Shown: positions 1 through 12,397, numbered from the whole stretch's first letter. The stretch is DNA of 62,895 nt, filler included, from Olpidium bornovanus S191 (GCA_017911155.1; 31 parts of 31 records of this genome joined end to end with filler, not necessarily neighbours in it); one strand, 5' to 3'. The notes: generated by a model from the sequence alone, not told the origin. Translations and numbers: made by a program.

Positions 1-98
1 CTCCACCGGTTGCCCGTCGGGGGCGATGATGCTGACTCTCAAGCATCCCGCCCCCTGTGTTTTTGTTCTTTTACTTTTGCTTTTTTTGGTTTTGGAAG

Positions 99-251
99 GC
101 ATACACGCTTTCCCTCATGGGGTTTGACAGATCTAATTGGAACGCCTGGAAAATCGGGCTCCTGATGTTCTGGAAAGGCCGGTACACGGGACTCGGAGGC
201 TGGTTGAAGACGAACCTGCCCGCGATCCTCATTTGGTCAACCGTCGTCGCG
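99..251 (+). CDS. Putative internal exon of an unidentified membrane protein
   Basis: GCTGAC branch-like site and pyrimidine tract before AG at 97-98; GTGAGC donor at 252. The 153-nt open exon reads AYTLSLMGFDRSNWNAWKIGLLMFWKG...NLPAILIWSTVVA. Family not recognised. Confidence 0.3.
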
Positions 252-475
252 GTGAGCGTGAACGCCGGGCGAACAGAATAGACGTGATTCGAGAGCATGA
301 ATAAGGTCCGTTCCGAGCCGGGTGTTTTTTCGTGACGGGCTTGTCCTGTATCGGCGCAGTCCCACCCCCCCCCCGCCCCCCGCCCGGCGAAGGCAAAAAG
401 ATTTCTGCCGAGTGGCCGGTTTGGCGCCAATATAACAAGGAGCGATCGACGTGTCCCTTGCCGTTTTGCCCCCAC

Positions 476-585
476 TTCGCCAGCTTAACCTTTTGTACTG
501 GAATGCCTAAGAATGGGAGCAGCAAAGTGTTCGCCAGCTTAACCTTTTGTACTGGAATGCCTAAGAATGGGAGCAGCAAAGTGTT
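476..585. repeat. Perfect 54-bp tandem duplication
   Basis: ttcgccagcttaaccttttgtactggaatgcctaagaatgggagcagcaaagtg occurs at 476-529 and 530-583, plus 2 nt of a third copy. Confidence 0.95.
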
Positions 586-1291
586 GCTTTCGTTGGAGAC
601 GACTTGGCAGCCGGAAACAGGAAGGAAGGTGGATGCCGAGGCACGCCAGCAAGTCCGTGAGAAGAAGGCGGAAAGGAAAGTTGTATTCAGCGTCCGGCGT
701 CGCTTATCTAATTTTATAGTATGGTTTTAATAGGGAGGGATTTTACAGCGAGAAGTACAGGGGCTGGTGCGCGCGGTGCGTTCGCGGCTCGGCTTACACT
801 TTTATTCTCTACAGTAAGTGACCCCCTATCCCCCTATCCCCTCTCGTTGCCTCGCGGTATCTCTACCCCAGTCGGAGTCGCCTAGGGGCGGCGCGTTTGG
901 CTCCTCGATGTCGGCAAAACGAGCTCTGCGTCCAGCTCGCCGCTCTCCCCGTCCTTGACGCTCATCGACTTCCAAAGGCGCAGTTGTGTTTGTTGGTACG
1001 GAAAGTGGCTTGTCGTCCAGCACGCGTTCCCCGTTCGTCCACCCATGTTGAAACAATCAAAAGAAAAATTAAAGGGTTAGTCCAAAGGGGGGGCCTTGTT
1101 GCCCTTGTTGCAGTGTTTTCAAATTGGGAAACATTAGGTACGATTTTGTAGAGTCCGGCAAAAAAGCATTGCATGAAAAGCGATACTAGACGCGCGGAAT
1201 CATTTTTCAGCATCGCGCCGTCTTCCGTGGGCAGCAACGATGAGACAACCGGCCTTCTTTGTCTGTGGGAAAAAAAAACGTTTCCCTTGCC

Positions 1292-1391
1292 NNNNNNNNN
1301 NNNNNNNNNNNNNNNNNNNNNNNNNNNNNNNNNNNTTAATTAATTAANNNNNNNNNNNNNNNNNNNNNNNNNNNNNNNNNNNNNNNNNNNN
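1292..1391. other. Artificial contig-joining spacer N44-TTAATTAATTAA-N44 (first of 30)
   Basis: Identical 100-nt spacers start at 1292, 2923, 4174, 5566, 6894, 9279, 10732, 12281, 13446, 15101, 16673, 18463, 20028, 23736, 26515, 29099, 31239, 34329, 36207, 37359, 38689, 41391, 45478, 47909, 51011, 52261, 54773, 56211, 58067 and 61221. The 12-mer puts stop codons in all six frames. Confidence 0.99.
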
Positions 1392-1475
1392 GCGCGGGGG
1401 GGGGCGGGGGGGGGGGGCCCCCCCCCCCCCCCCCCCCCCCCTCATGTGTCGCTCTTGCCCCCCGGGTACGCACAG

Positions 1476-2362
1476 GCACTACCTGCTTGGCGAGCTGGAC
1501 GAGCGCAAAATAGAATCCACGTTCGGCGGCAAGCTGCTGATGGTGCTGTCGTCCTTCGGTAAGGGTTTTGTCATCCCCTCGAAAACCGCCCGGCCGCTGC
1601 GCCGCTTGCTCATCGTCCGCTCGACCTGAAAACCCAGTTTACCTGCAGCAGTCTCCGCGGAGCCAACCCTTCGCCATCTCGGAGGGCGAGGTGGCGTCGG
1701 CGCACTGGATACCCTTGTCCACCTTCTTGGCGCATCTCGCGCGACAGTCGGGCACCCCGTTCTCGACGTGGCTGCACCGCCACCCTGGCTACCACCTCGT
1801 CTCGCACGACGTGCTGACGAGCGCGCGCCCGTCCTCGCGAAACTGGCATCCCGTTGTGCGCAGCGTGCTGCGGTACCTGATCGGGAACATGTACTTCTGG
1901 AGTCTCGAGCTCCCCCTCGGCGACTGCACTTTCGCGGGCGGGAGCGTGGCGCCGTTGGGCGAGGGAGCCGCGGACGCTTCGGGTCCACCGCCGTCGCCCC
2001 AGAGCGCCGACCGGCGCAAGGAATCCGTGGCCATCGTGTCCGAGAGTTCAGACGAGGACGTGATCGTCGTGTCGGACGACGAGCTGCCGGCCGAATGCAC
2101 GGCGGACATCACGTCTCCCCGGTGCTCAAGATTGCCGGCGAACGCGTTCGTCAAGGACGGGATACCGCCGGGAAGGGTCCCCTCGTCGCCAACGCAGTTC
2201 AAGAAGCTGTCACCTGCGCCGCGGAGAATCCGTGAGATCCCGCTCACGCTGTGGGGTCTCACCCTTTCTGTCACCAGCGAGATTCTCGACATGATGCACA
2301 CGGCGCAGCAGCTGCCCGTTGTCCCTCTAAGAGGCGGACAGCCCGTTTTCGATTGGTGGGAG
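1476..2362 (+). CDS. Fungal NUDIX-family hydrolase (CoA-pyrophosphatase-like clade), partial
   Basis: Exons 1476-1558 and 1638-2362 (gtaagg...cccag intron) join as LGELDERKIESTFGGKLLMVLSSFVYLQ...EVASAHWIPL...LWGLTLSVTSEIL. These motifs resemble fungal NUDIX proteins C-terminal to the Nudix box. The 5' end is missing and later exons are unresolved. Confidence 0.7.
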
Positions 2363-2723
2363 GTGAGCAGGCGACCTGCTTTTATTTTCCGAATCGTTTT
2401 GCCTACCCAGCCGCCGGGGGGAAGGCAGGGGCGGCGGGGCCGCGTACCGGAAGGTCTGCACCAGGATCAGCCCGACCAAGCGTTTCGCGTCGCCGCCGTT
2501 AAAACAGGTAAACCAGATGTTGCGGATCATCACGTGGGCGGCCAATCTCAGCGGTGATCGGCGAAAGCCAGCTGGTCACAAACTCGCGACCAACAGGTAA
2601 AATGGCCAGCTCGCGCGCCTTCTCGAACGGGCGGCTCTTTTGACAATTCGGCGTTGCTGACGTACGTCGTCTCTCGTTCGGCGCCTCCTTTGGTTGCCGT
2701 CTTTCCTCTCCCGCCCGGCCCCG

Positions 2724-2768
<45 letters not shown>

Positions 2769-3022
2769 TCCCCCCCCCCCCCCGCCCCCCCCCCCCCCCC
2801 CCCCTCCCCCCCCCCCCCCCTTTCCCCCCCCCCCCGTTTCCAACCTCGCAAGTAAGAGGGGGGGAAGAATGTGGGGGCCGGCGGTGCGGAGAGATCCCCG
2901 GTCCCTCTCCCCGTCTTGCTCCNNNNNNNNNNNNNNNNNNNNNNNNNNNNNNNNNNNNNNNNNNNNTTAATTAATTAANNNNNNNNNNNNNNNNNNNNNN
3001 NNNNNNNNNNNNNNNNNNNNNN

Positions 3023-4173
3023 CATGCCCTCGACGCGACCCCGCACACCCTGGAGGCTGACAAACGCGCCAAAGTCTCGCATGCCAGAAATCGTCCCGTC
3101 ATAGATTTTGTAAAGCACTGGCACGTCGTCGTCTTTTGGACGGCCGCCTCCGCCGTCGCCGTGCCGCCGGTCAGCACCCCCAGAATGCCTTCCCCACCGG
3201 TCATCCTCGTCCCGACTGTGCCGGCCGCGCCCGTACCGATCAGAATCTCCCCGTCGTTCGTGATCGTAACCGTTGCCTCTCCACCGATCCCGTGCGCCGT
3301 CTGCGGGACGGTACCGCGCAGGACTTCTGCTCCGGCTGCGGCTGCCACTCCTCCGCCGGCGCCCGCGATCTCGACTTCTTCGCCGTTTTTCCTCTCTCTC
3401 CTCCCCTTCCTCTTCTCTGATGGATTCCAGCTTCTTTTCTCGTATCATGTTCTCAAGCTGGGCCATCACTTCGCCGTCGTCCCCGCGGGCGTTCCTGGCT
3501 CCGCGGTCTCCATCGGCACGTTTTCCGAGCGTCAAGCGCTCTTCCTCGTCGGCGAGCACGTCCGGGAGAAGCCCATGGAACTCCTTGTCGGGCAGGGCCA
3601 GTGAAGGGAACTTGAGCGCCCGCTCTTCGAGCTTATCGTTGTCGCGGTACGGGGCTCCCGAAGCACCGTTTGGGCCACCGTCGACTTTCGTCAAGCTAGC
3701 CTTTGGCTTCAGGGTCTTTATAAGCCTGTCAAGGTTCTCAACGAACGAAGCCGGAAACTCGCCCCCAGAGTCCTCCAGTTTTTTTTCAAACGACGACACG
3801 TCGCCGTTGCATTCTTCATGCAGGTGTATTACGAACTCGGCTGAAAAGACAAGTCGTCGCGGCGCGCGAGCAAGGGTTCCATTAGCGCCGCGTTCGCCAC
3901 GTCGGTTCGGGCAAGAAAACGCGCCCCGCGCGCCAGAGAAGGCGCACGCGGGCCGGGCGGCGCGAACTGCGCCGTCTCCACTTGAGCAACACGGGTTTTG
4001 TTTCGCGAAACGAGATTCTTCGGGCCGGGCGCGGCCGCCGAGGGGTGGGGGGGGGGGGGGGGGGCTTACCGAGGGCGTTGTCCTGCAGACCGGGGGGGTT
4101 GTACAGCTCGCTGGCTCTCTTGCTGACCACGGCAAGGGGCGCGGGCTTGCGGGGTGCGTCGGCCCGCGTGGCG
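3023..4173 (-). CDS. PRP22: Spliceosomal DEAH helicase Prp22/DHX8, N-terminal part with RS-rich linker and start of the S1 domain
   Basis: Exons 4070-4173 and 3023-3840 give VVSK..SEL...L.D.AL|AEFVIHLH...GGEFPASFVENLDRLI, then an RS-rich region, then PVLYKIYDGTISGMRDFGAFVSLQGVRGRVEGM (S1 domain). Cut by both contig ends. Confidence 0.93.
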
Positions 4174-4294
4174 NNNNNNNNNNNNNNNNNNNNNNNNNNN
4201 NNNNNNNNNNNNNNNNNTTAATTAATTAANNNNNNNNNNNNNNNNNNNNNNNNNNNNNNNNNNNNNNNNNNNNAAAAAAAAAAAAAAAAAAGGG

Positions 4295-4361
<67 letters not shown>

Positions 4362-4362
<1 letters not shown>

Positions 4363-5132
4363 TGAACGGCGGGCCGTACCAGGCGGAAAGGGACTACGGA
4401 GACCTCCTGCTGGGCTCGTCGCCAAGCGTGTCCGACTTCGTCGCCGACGTCCCCGACAGGCGGGACGCCGCAGCGGCCGCGGCACCGGCGGCGGCAGAAG
4501 CGGTCCCGGCCGGCCGCCATCGCCGCCACGTACCGCGCCGCAACGGAGATCAGCTGCGCGTACTGTCGCGACCGCCGGCGTCCGGCCGCTGCCCCCCCCA
4601 GCTCCTCGCCGCCGGCGAACCGTCCGGCGCGCCGCCCGACGACATTCTCGACTACGACGCCCTGCGTCTGGACGCGGACATCTCCACCTTCTCCGCGGGC
4701 TCAAGCTCGCGTTCCCCGCAGGACTGCGTGCACTTCCTGAACCCGAGCGCCGCCGCGCGCCAAATGTCCCTCCGCGTCGTTCATGCTCAGCAGCAGCAGC
4801 AGCACCTAGGGCAGAGGAAACCGCTGTCCAGGTCGACGACCCTGCCCGTCGGGCAGGTCAAGGCCCGCGTGGGCCACGCAAACGACGACAAGAAATTTTT
4901 TGACGAAGGGCCCGCAGCGACGAGTGCCGCGGCCGCTCGGCCTCTCCACGTCCGCCACCACTCCACGGGCTACCTGCCCTCCTCGACCGCGGCGACCTCC
5001 GAGGGCATCCACCACAAGCCCTCGGTCGTCAAACGCGCGTTCGAGTCCATGTTTCGTCGCAAGAATACGAAGCGATTTGGCGAAGGCGCCGCCGCTGCCT
5101 CCTCCACCGCCACCGCGACCGCCACATCCTGA
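4362..5132 (+). CDS. Hypothetical Ala/Ser-rich protein (256-aa ORF)
   Basis: Long ORF with GC-rich codon usage like the identified genes. No family recognised. The start follows a poly-A run at the contig edge, so it is uncertain. Confidence 0.45.
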
Positions 5133-6702
5133 ACTTCCGATGAAGCCCGTTCTTGTGCCTCGCTCCCCACTCTACCCCTCTTCCCTCTCTCCCTCACCCG
5201 AGAGTAACGACAAAATTGTCGGCACCGCTTTCCTCAGCTTCCCGCAAAAGCCCGCGCGGCTCTAAACTTTTACGGCCAACGATCCGGCCCTTACAATCAT
5301 AACGCCATCCGCTACCACCACCACCCCTCCGAGTTTGCACCCATAGTCCACCTTGCCCTTCAGGTTTTCCACTGCGCGCTCCTTTTTTGGCTTTTTTTTG
5401 TATCCGTTTTTTTTCCTTTCCACCCACCCGTTATCCACCTCTCTTGCATTTTGCAAAAGTTCTCCCTCCACGCTAGCATATGGCTCCTTTAACCTATCGG
5501 AAATTCGCTGTGTACCGAAACTTTTCATCCGCGTCCGTTACCACACCACCTTCTATTTTTCCATGNNNNNNNNNNNNNNNNNNNNNNNNNNNNNNNNNNN
5601 NNNNNNNNNTTAATTAATTAANNNNNNNNNNNNNNNNNNNNNNNNNNNNNNNNNNNNNNNNNNNNACTTTGCGGGGCTCCATAATGTCTTTCCCGATCCA
5701 CACGTACCGTCGCCTGCTACGACCCTTACTCACTGGCGCGAGACGCACCTGGACCCCTTCTGCGCCCCGCCGCCCGTATTCTCATGTAGCCTGCCGAGGT
5801 TACAATTATGCAGACACGTGAAACCCGGGGGGGCCCGTGGCGGAATTGCCCTCCGCCCCGCCCCCGGGCCGCATCATCAAGCACCGGTCTGCAGGCGTTC
5901 GCGTGTCGTGCAGGAGCTCTTCAACATCGTTCGCTAGTCCGCGTGGGGGCCCCATGGTCCGTCGGAAAAAGGGAGGGTCGGCGAACGATGAATTCGTATT
6001 TCCGGTTATGGGTTTGCTCGATGGCCAAGGGGCGGGTAGGGGGAGGAGGGTGGGGCGGGGGTGCGTCGGTAATAGGGGCGGCACATGCCGAACCTTTGGC
6101 AGTACGTTGGTGACAGTGCGTACCGCCTTTTCTCCTCAAACGGCAGTTCCCGCACTGTATCACGCTTGGTGTTCCCACTTATTTCCCACCTGGAGAATTA
6201 ACCGATTTTTGGCAGAGGGTACATAAGGCCTTTCCCCCCCCCCACTCTATCACTGCCTTTTCCATGAAGGGCGGTTGTCACGCACCCCTTCCACTCAACA
6301 CCCGGGAGATTGCGCAATGCACAATCCGCCGCTTATTGGCGCTGGAAATTGTTCTACACACTCAACCAGGCCCAAGCGGTCCGCGCAAATCTGTTGGATA
6401 TATGGCGTGACCTTCTCGGCACCGAGGATAATTACCGGGAACGCACTCTTTCACCTGCCTATGTATGTACCATTGAGAGCTGACCTGAAGAAAGTGGGAG
6501 GGGATAATTAGTGGCGACACTCTTTTACCATATCGCCGCGGGGCAAAAGATTTTTTTCTTTTTTTTTTTTTTTTTTTTTTTCGACGACCAGGAACCAGAT
6601 GCCCGGGAATGAAAAAGACGTCATTGAAGACGGGATATACAACATTGGGAAACTTTTAGTGTCGTGGTGGGACGTGCCGTCCAGGCCGAACGGCGAAAAA
6701 CA

Positions 6703-6733
<31 letters not shown>

Positions 6734-6993
6734 CGGTTTCCGTTTTTCGTCGAAGAAGCGGAAACAACAATATTCTATGCAGGTTCTGTGTGGCTGAAAC
6801 GTGACTGCGGGCTCTCTCTCTCTCTCGGTCACCAAAAAGCACACCTGTTCGGGAAACAAAACAACACGAGTCAACTTAACTCGTTCGATCATGNNNNNNN
6901 NNNNNNNNNNNNNNNNNNNNNNNNNNNNNNNNNNNNNTTAATTAATTAANNNNNNNNNNNNNNNNNNNNNNNNNNNNNNNNNNNNNNNNNNNN

Positions 6994-7032
<39 letters not shown>

Positions 7033-8096
7033 AAAGAAAAAAGACGCGTGACGACCGAGGTAAATCTCCCTATCGGAAACGTTCAGGAGAAGTGCCATTC
7101 ACGGCTGGAAAACTGCAGTCAGAAAACTCTTGCCGGCGAAGGAAAATGCAGCGACCGCGCCAGATCGCGGCGGAAGATTGACATGCCCGGGCCCCGGTCA
7201 AATGGTTTCCGGCGCTTTGTTTCGTCAGGTTCAAAAGCTTTTGGCACGGAAATACAGGACTTCGGTTATAGCTGCCACGCGTCCCCTGCGAACCGGCAGA
7301 AGCAGACGCGTCCCCATATACAAACGCGCAAACGCCGCCAAACGGGTCACGCGGCTCGACGACATTTGCACTCATATTGCCGCAAGCGGCCATGCACTCT
7401 GACCTCCCAGTAGACATGCGGGGAGAGGGTGCGAGGCCGTTCTCGGGAGCTCGATTTCGAGGGTTAACCGTGAGCGGCATCAGCTCTGGTCGGTTCGAGC
7501 ACGCGGATAGACACGGCAGGACCGCGTCACACGAAACGGCACTGCCAAAAAGCCGTGCGGCGCGCAACCCACAGTATGGCGGAAGCTTACCAACGGCAAA
7601 GGCCGCCGTTGCGCCGGTGCCGTGCGAACCGCTCCTTCCCTCCCCGGACCTGGAGGGGCGTCCCCATCCGGCGCCACCTTTCCCTGCTCGGTGCTATCAA
7701 GTCGCTCCCCCGCACCGGCCAGCCACGCCCACACGCGCTTGCGGGGCATAACACGCGGGGTGCCAGCAGACGGCCGGGATCCTTCCCAAGCCTGCTCAAC
7801 ACCACGCCCGTGCCGATGCTGTCCCGCGTCGCCGCTGCCGCAACTCCGGCCACTGTGCCGGTGCGGCTGAGGGCTGGCGCCTGTATTAATAAGAAGGCGC
7901 GGAGAAACCCCCCACAAAAACTTTCGCCCAGAGCCAGCCGGCCGCCTCTCGGAGCCGCGATCCGGACCCCAGAGTACATGCCCTTTTCGCCGTCTGTCTA
8001 GAACCGCCGGCGTTCAGGAGGCGTCGTCTTACAGCGGACCGCGCGCGGGGAAGGGTGGGGGGAGGCGGTGAGGGAGCGGGGGGGGGGGGGGGGGGG

Positions 8097-8153
<57 letters not shown>

Positions 8154-8574
8154 GGTCCGACGCGTGACGGCGACGAACTCTCCCTTCCCCCACCCGCCCC
8201 CCCCCTTCCGCCCACTCCACGTTTCCACAACGTCGGGGAAACAACCCCCCGCCCTCCTCCGCCTCCTCCTTCAGGACCGCACGCGCACCACGCGGCCCCG
8301 GAGGAGCCTGGCCCAGCTGCCGGTGCCGTGCGCACCCGCCGCGGCCCTGTTTGAATCGCTACGCCGGAATACGTAGCAGCCGCGCTGCCCGGCCCTGCCT
8401 GTCCAACCGCCCCGCCCGCCCGCCCGCCCGCCTGCCCGCGGGCGGCCGGCCGATCCGTGCGCACCGGCTGGGCGAGGACCCGAGATCGCAACTTCCACGG
8501 GCCCGTGCGGCGGTCCTCCTCCGAGATCACCTCCCGCGGGTGGCCCCCCCCCTCTTCCTCCGGCGGTCCGGCGG

Positions 8575-9278
8575 ATGGGAAACCAAAAGTCGAGGCAGGG
8601 AGTGTATGGATCCCAGCCGCTTTCTCCGCCGCGCGCCGGCCCGCCCGGTCTCGAGCGGCGGAGCTCCACGCCGGGCTCGCACCTCCGCTCGCCCGCGTCC
8701 TCGATGAATTACGGGAGGGGGAAGCGCCACATAGACAAGTCGTCGGTGCGGCTCGCCGGCACGGTCGCGGCCGACGCAACGTCTCCGACGTCTGCCGCCG
8801 CCGCCTTTACGGCAAGCCCGACGTCTGCCGTCCCTATGCCGCCGCCCGAGGGACTGTCGAGAATGTTCGAGCTCGTTCTGGAGGACTTAAACCTGAGTGA
8901 GGCCAAGAAGGAGAACATGCGGAAGCTTCCCGATGATCACAAGTGGACCATATGCCAAAGCCATTTGAAGGAGAGAGTACGTATTTGCAAACGTCGAAGG
9001 AAACGCTTAGCACCCTGGCGCCGGCGTGCGGCGCGCGGTTTGGGAAAGGTGACAAGCCTTAACAGCGTACCACCTTTCCCTTGCAGACGGCGGTTCAGGC
9101 GTCGGAGGAGGACATGTCCGTGCTGGAGGAATTGAAGCACAATCCCAAAAAAGAGCTGTTAAGCTCGCTGGTGGTTTCTTTGCGGTCGAAGCCAATACGA
9201 TGGGTGAACACGTTTGTCGATCACGACGGCCCGTCTATTATATTGCAAAACTTGAAAGCAGTATCGGAAGGCACTGGG
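8575..9278 (+). CDS. Diaphanous-related formin, N-terminus with GBD/FH3 domain, 3' partial
   Basis: Exons 8575-8976 and 9087-9278 (gtacgt...ttgcag intron). MFELVLEDLNLSEAKKENMRKLPDDHKWTI and LLSSLVVSLRSKPIRWVNTFV..DG match the Drf GTPase-binding domain pattern. Confidence 0.88.
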
Positions 9279-12198
9279 NNNNNNNNNNNNNNNNNNNNNN
9301 NNNNNNNNNNNNNNNNNNNNNNTTAATTAATTAANNNNNNNNNNNNNNNNNNNNNNNNNNNNNNNNNNNNNNNNNNNNCATGGCAGCGTTATCGAAAACA
9401 GGAATTCCAGCAACAGAACCCCGTTTTTATCTGTTGAATGACATCGATAATTTAAATTTGCGTGAATCGTTCAGTTAATTTGTGAAAATAATAATTAGAA
9501 AGGAACAAAGGGAAAAAAAAATAATTGGCGCAAATATATAATTTTATACAACGAAAGTTATTTCCGCCTCATGATTAACCCTGGAAGGTTGTTGATCCGG
9601 AGCGCCGTTGCCAGAATTCGTCTCATAATTTGTCTTGGACGGGCTCGACCTGAGCGCGCTCTTCCGCGGTTGGGCACACCGGACCTCGGGGCCTTAGGGC
9701 TGGCGCCTAACATTTTTTTTTCATGGAAGCCTCCGGGTCCCTTGACCCGATAGGCGAGAACGGCGGTTTCGTTGGGTCGCCCGGGAAAGAGTGACTTAAA
9801 TGTTTTTCCCGAGGAGCCTGATGCAGCTCCTGCGCCTCAAGCCCGGATAAATGCAGACGAAACCTGCCGAACCCCTTTCGACAACATTACCCAAAATTAC
9901 TTATGTTTGAAAACATGGATTTACATTGCGGTAACTTACATAATGTGTGAAGTTAGAGTCTATTAACATAGCGCTACCGATAGGATAGCTCTGCGTGTCC
10001 CTATTGTAATCTTCTGTTTAAAAAACAGTGGAAATCTACATATTATAAAGAGTGTGGCTGTTACGGCGAGCCCGAGCCGCGCTTTTTCCCCCCCAACTCC
10101 CGACGAGTTGGGGCGTCGGCATAGGGGGTGGGGGAGGGGCAGGTGTTGGGGAAAGCCAGGAAGCGGCAGGAGGCAACACAACAGCGCAGCCGCGGTTAAT
10201 TTCGGTGGAGGGGAGAAAGGGGGGGAAGAGAGTGAACGGAAAGGGCCGATCCGCGAGTGAGGCGGGGAAGGGAGTTTGCCTGGAGGAGTCGGGGCAGGTT
10301 TGTTCGTTAGCTTGGCAGTCGCCGAAAAAAGAAAAAAACAATGGATGTACGCCGGCAGCTGCCGGAAAAAAAAACACGTCAGTGTGCTGTTCTCAACAGA
10401 CCGCAAAATCACCAAACGTTGCAATAAACGCTTCTTCCTAGCGCGAGGGGCAATTGACAAAGCTTGATTTCGCGGCGCGGGCCGTCCTGCAAGAAAACCC
10501 CGCCTGTCTGCCCGCCGTTCCCTCCCCGCACCGTCCCCAGCCAGCTCAAATCATAAAAAAAGCAGCTCAAAACTCAGAGCCCACCCCCTCCCGCCTCTCA
10601 CTTTTCCCCTCTCCACCCTCCCAAAGAAAAGCGCACGCAATCCCGATTGCTTTTTGGGTTCTTCAGGCGAAGAAAAAGAATTCTTCGGACACGTCGATGT
10701 CGTTCTTCTTCTTCCCCCCCCCCCCCCCCCCNNNNNNNNNNNNNNNNNNNNNNNNNNNNNNNNNNNNNNNNNNNNTTAATTAATTAANNNNNNNNNNNNN
10801 NNNNNNNNNNNNNNNNNNNNNNNNNNNNNNNGCCCCTGCCGTTTGCGTTTTCGGGTAAAATGATGCCGTGGGTTAGGCATACCGGGGGGGAGCGGCGGGG
10901 GGGGGGTCGATGCCGGCAAGGAAGGAAGGAAGGGTGGCGGAAGGTGGCGTTGTGCCGGTTTTGCCGGTGGACGCGTCTGTGGCGAGCGCGCCAATAATGT
11001 ATTTACAGTTTCCCACCGCATTCACGCGCCGATGCGTCCATCTCCTTTGTGATTTGTATTGTGCTTCCCCCTCCCGCTTTTTTTTTTTTTTTTTGACATT
11101 TAATGCGGACCGCGAGAACGGGTCAGAGATCCCGTCCGTCTGCCGTTTTGAACCCGACTTCGAGTGTTTTCTTTTTGTTCGGAGCTCTCTCGGAGGGCTT
11201 TCTTCGCTTGTTTGCCGTACGCCACGCACGGCCGCCGGGCCGGCCGAGGACTGCGACGCACGGGCGCGCCCGTCGCGGCTTCTTTACTACCGCGTAGAAG
11301 GCCTGTCGGCGGCGCTTTCCGGCTCGGCGCCCCGAGTCCGGAGGACCAAGTTAAGAACTATCGAGGACACCGCATTCAACGAAACGCCAGCACGCACGTG
11401 CCGCGTCTATGGAGTCTTCCTCCCGTTCGCACGTCAATTCTCTAGCTTCAAAACATGCACCTTAAGGATGCCGTAACGGATCGCACTGCGGCTCTCGTGG
11501 TGCATCCATGCGTGCACTCCTCGCGGCTTCGGCCCCCCTCCTCACACTGCACGGATCCGCATCTGCCGAATGCGCGTCGGTTTTGCCTTTTTGGACTTGC
11601 CGCGGCCCGGGGTTTCTCGCTTCCCGCTGCGCCTTGATTCCGGCTGCAAATCTGGAACGCGTGCCTTCCTGCGGGTTCCCGGGTCGCATGCACCGGCCCG
11701 TGTTCCGAAACTTCATGAACTTTTTGGCTTCTCGAGAGGTTTCGCGAAGTTGCCTGCCGGGTTCCATCTTCTGAGGAGATGGTACTTAATATGAAGGAGT
11801 ACGCCGACTTCTTGGCAGACCAGAACCGCGGAATTGGGGACGGTTTGAAGCCAATGGAGGGCGGGAAGTACGTAGAACGCAAGCCGGAGACGTGGCTGTT
11901 AATGTTCCCCAGTGTACAGCAAGGCTATCGACTTTAGTTCTAACGAGGTCTACAGGCGAACGAAAGGGGTAGGTGCGGGGTAAGGGGGAAGGGGTAGAGT
12001 ACAGCGGGAGAAGGGGGGGGGGGGGGGGGCAGATTTCCTGTATGCGAACGAGCGTTACGGTTTTTGTATGGGATTTAGCATTACACATTTTATCTGCCAT
12101 TATCTGAATGTAATGTTCTTATGACATGTCAGTATTTAATGACAGGTCATAACTTTTGATGACATGTCAAAATTCCATTAAAATTTATATGACCTCCC

Positions 12199-12256
12199 TG
12201 TCACAGTTTGACACCTGTTGGGTACCCAACTACCCAACAGGTGTCAAACTGTGACA
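12199..12256. repeat. Perfect 26-bp inverted repeat with 6-nt spacer (hairpin)
   Basis: tgtcacagtttgacacctgttgggta (12199-12224), then cccaac, then its exact reverse complement (12231-12256). Confidence 0.95.
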
Positions 12257-12397
12257 AGTACCAGGGTAACCCTGGCGTTANNNNNNNNNNNNNNNNNNNN
12301 NNNNNNNNNNNNNNNNNNNNNNNNTTAATTAATTAANNNNNNNNNNNNNNNNNNNNNNNNNNNNNNNNNNNNNNNNNNNNCATGCTCTGGCACTCAC

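Noticed and set aside
1336-1347. TTAATTAATTAA recurring 30 times at irregular spacing, superficially like a repeat array
   Set aside because: It is always centred in exactly 88 Ns, so it is an artificial linker and not a CRISPR repeat or genomic element.
2724-2835. Poly-Pro, Gly, Lys and Phe ORFs from long C/G and A/T runs (also near 8088-8152, 16865-16947, 28525-28690, 37459-37550 and 50920-51002)
   Set aside because: These are homopolymer tracts in introns, intergenic DNA or low-quality contig edges. Their lengths are unreliable and the translations are not evidence of proteins.
4070-4173. Odd substitutions in PRP22 exon 1 (SKRASELYNPPGLQDNAL) suggesting a divergent allele
   Set aside because: The exon lies between a poly-G run and the contig end, so low-coverage consensus error is more likely.
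5672-5723. Minus-strand VVAGDGTCGSGKT, resembling a P-loop
   Set aside because: It directly follows a GTGAGT donor-like site, has no supporting GTPase or ATPase motifs and ends at the contig edge. Probably chance.
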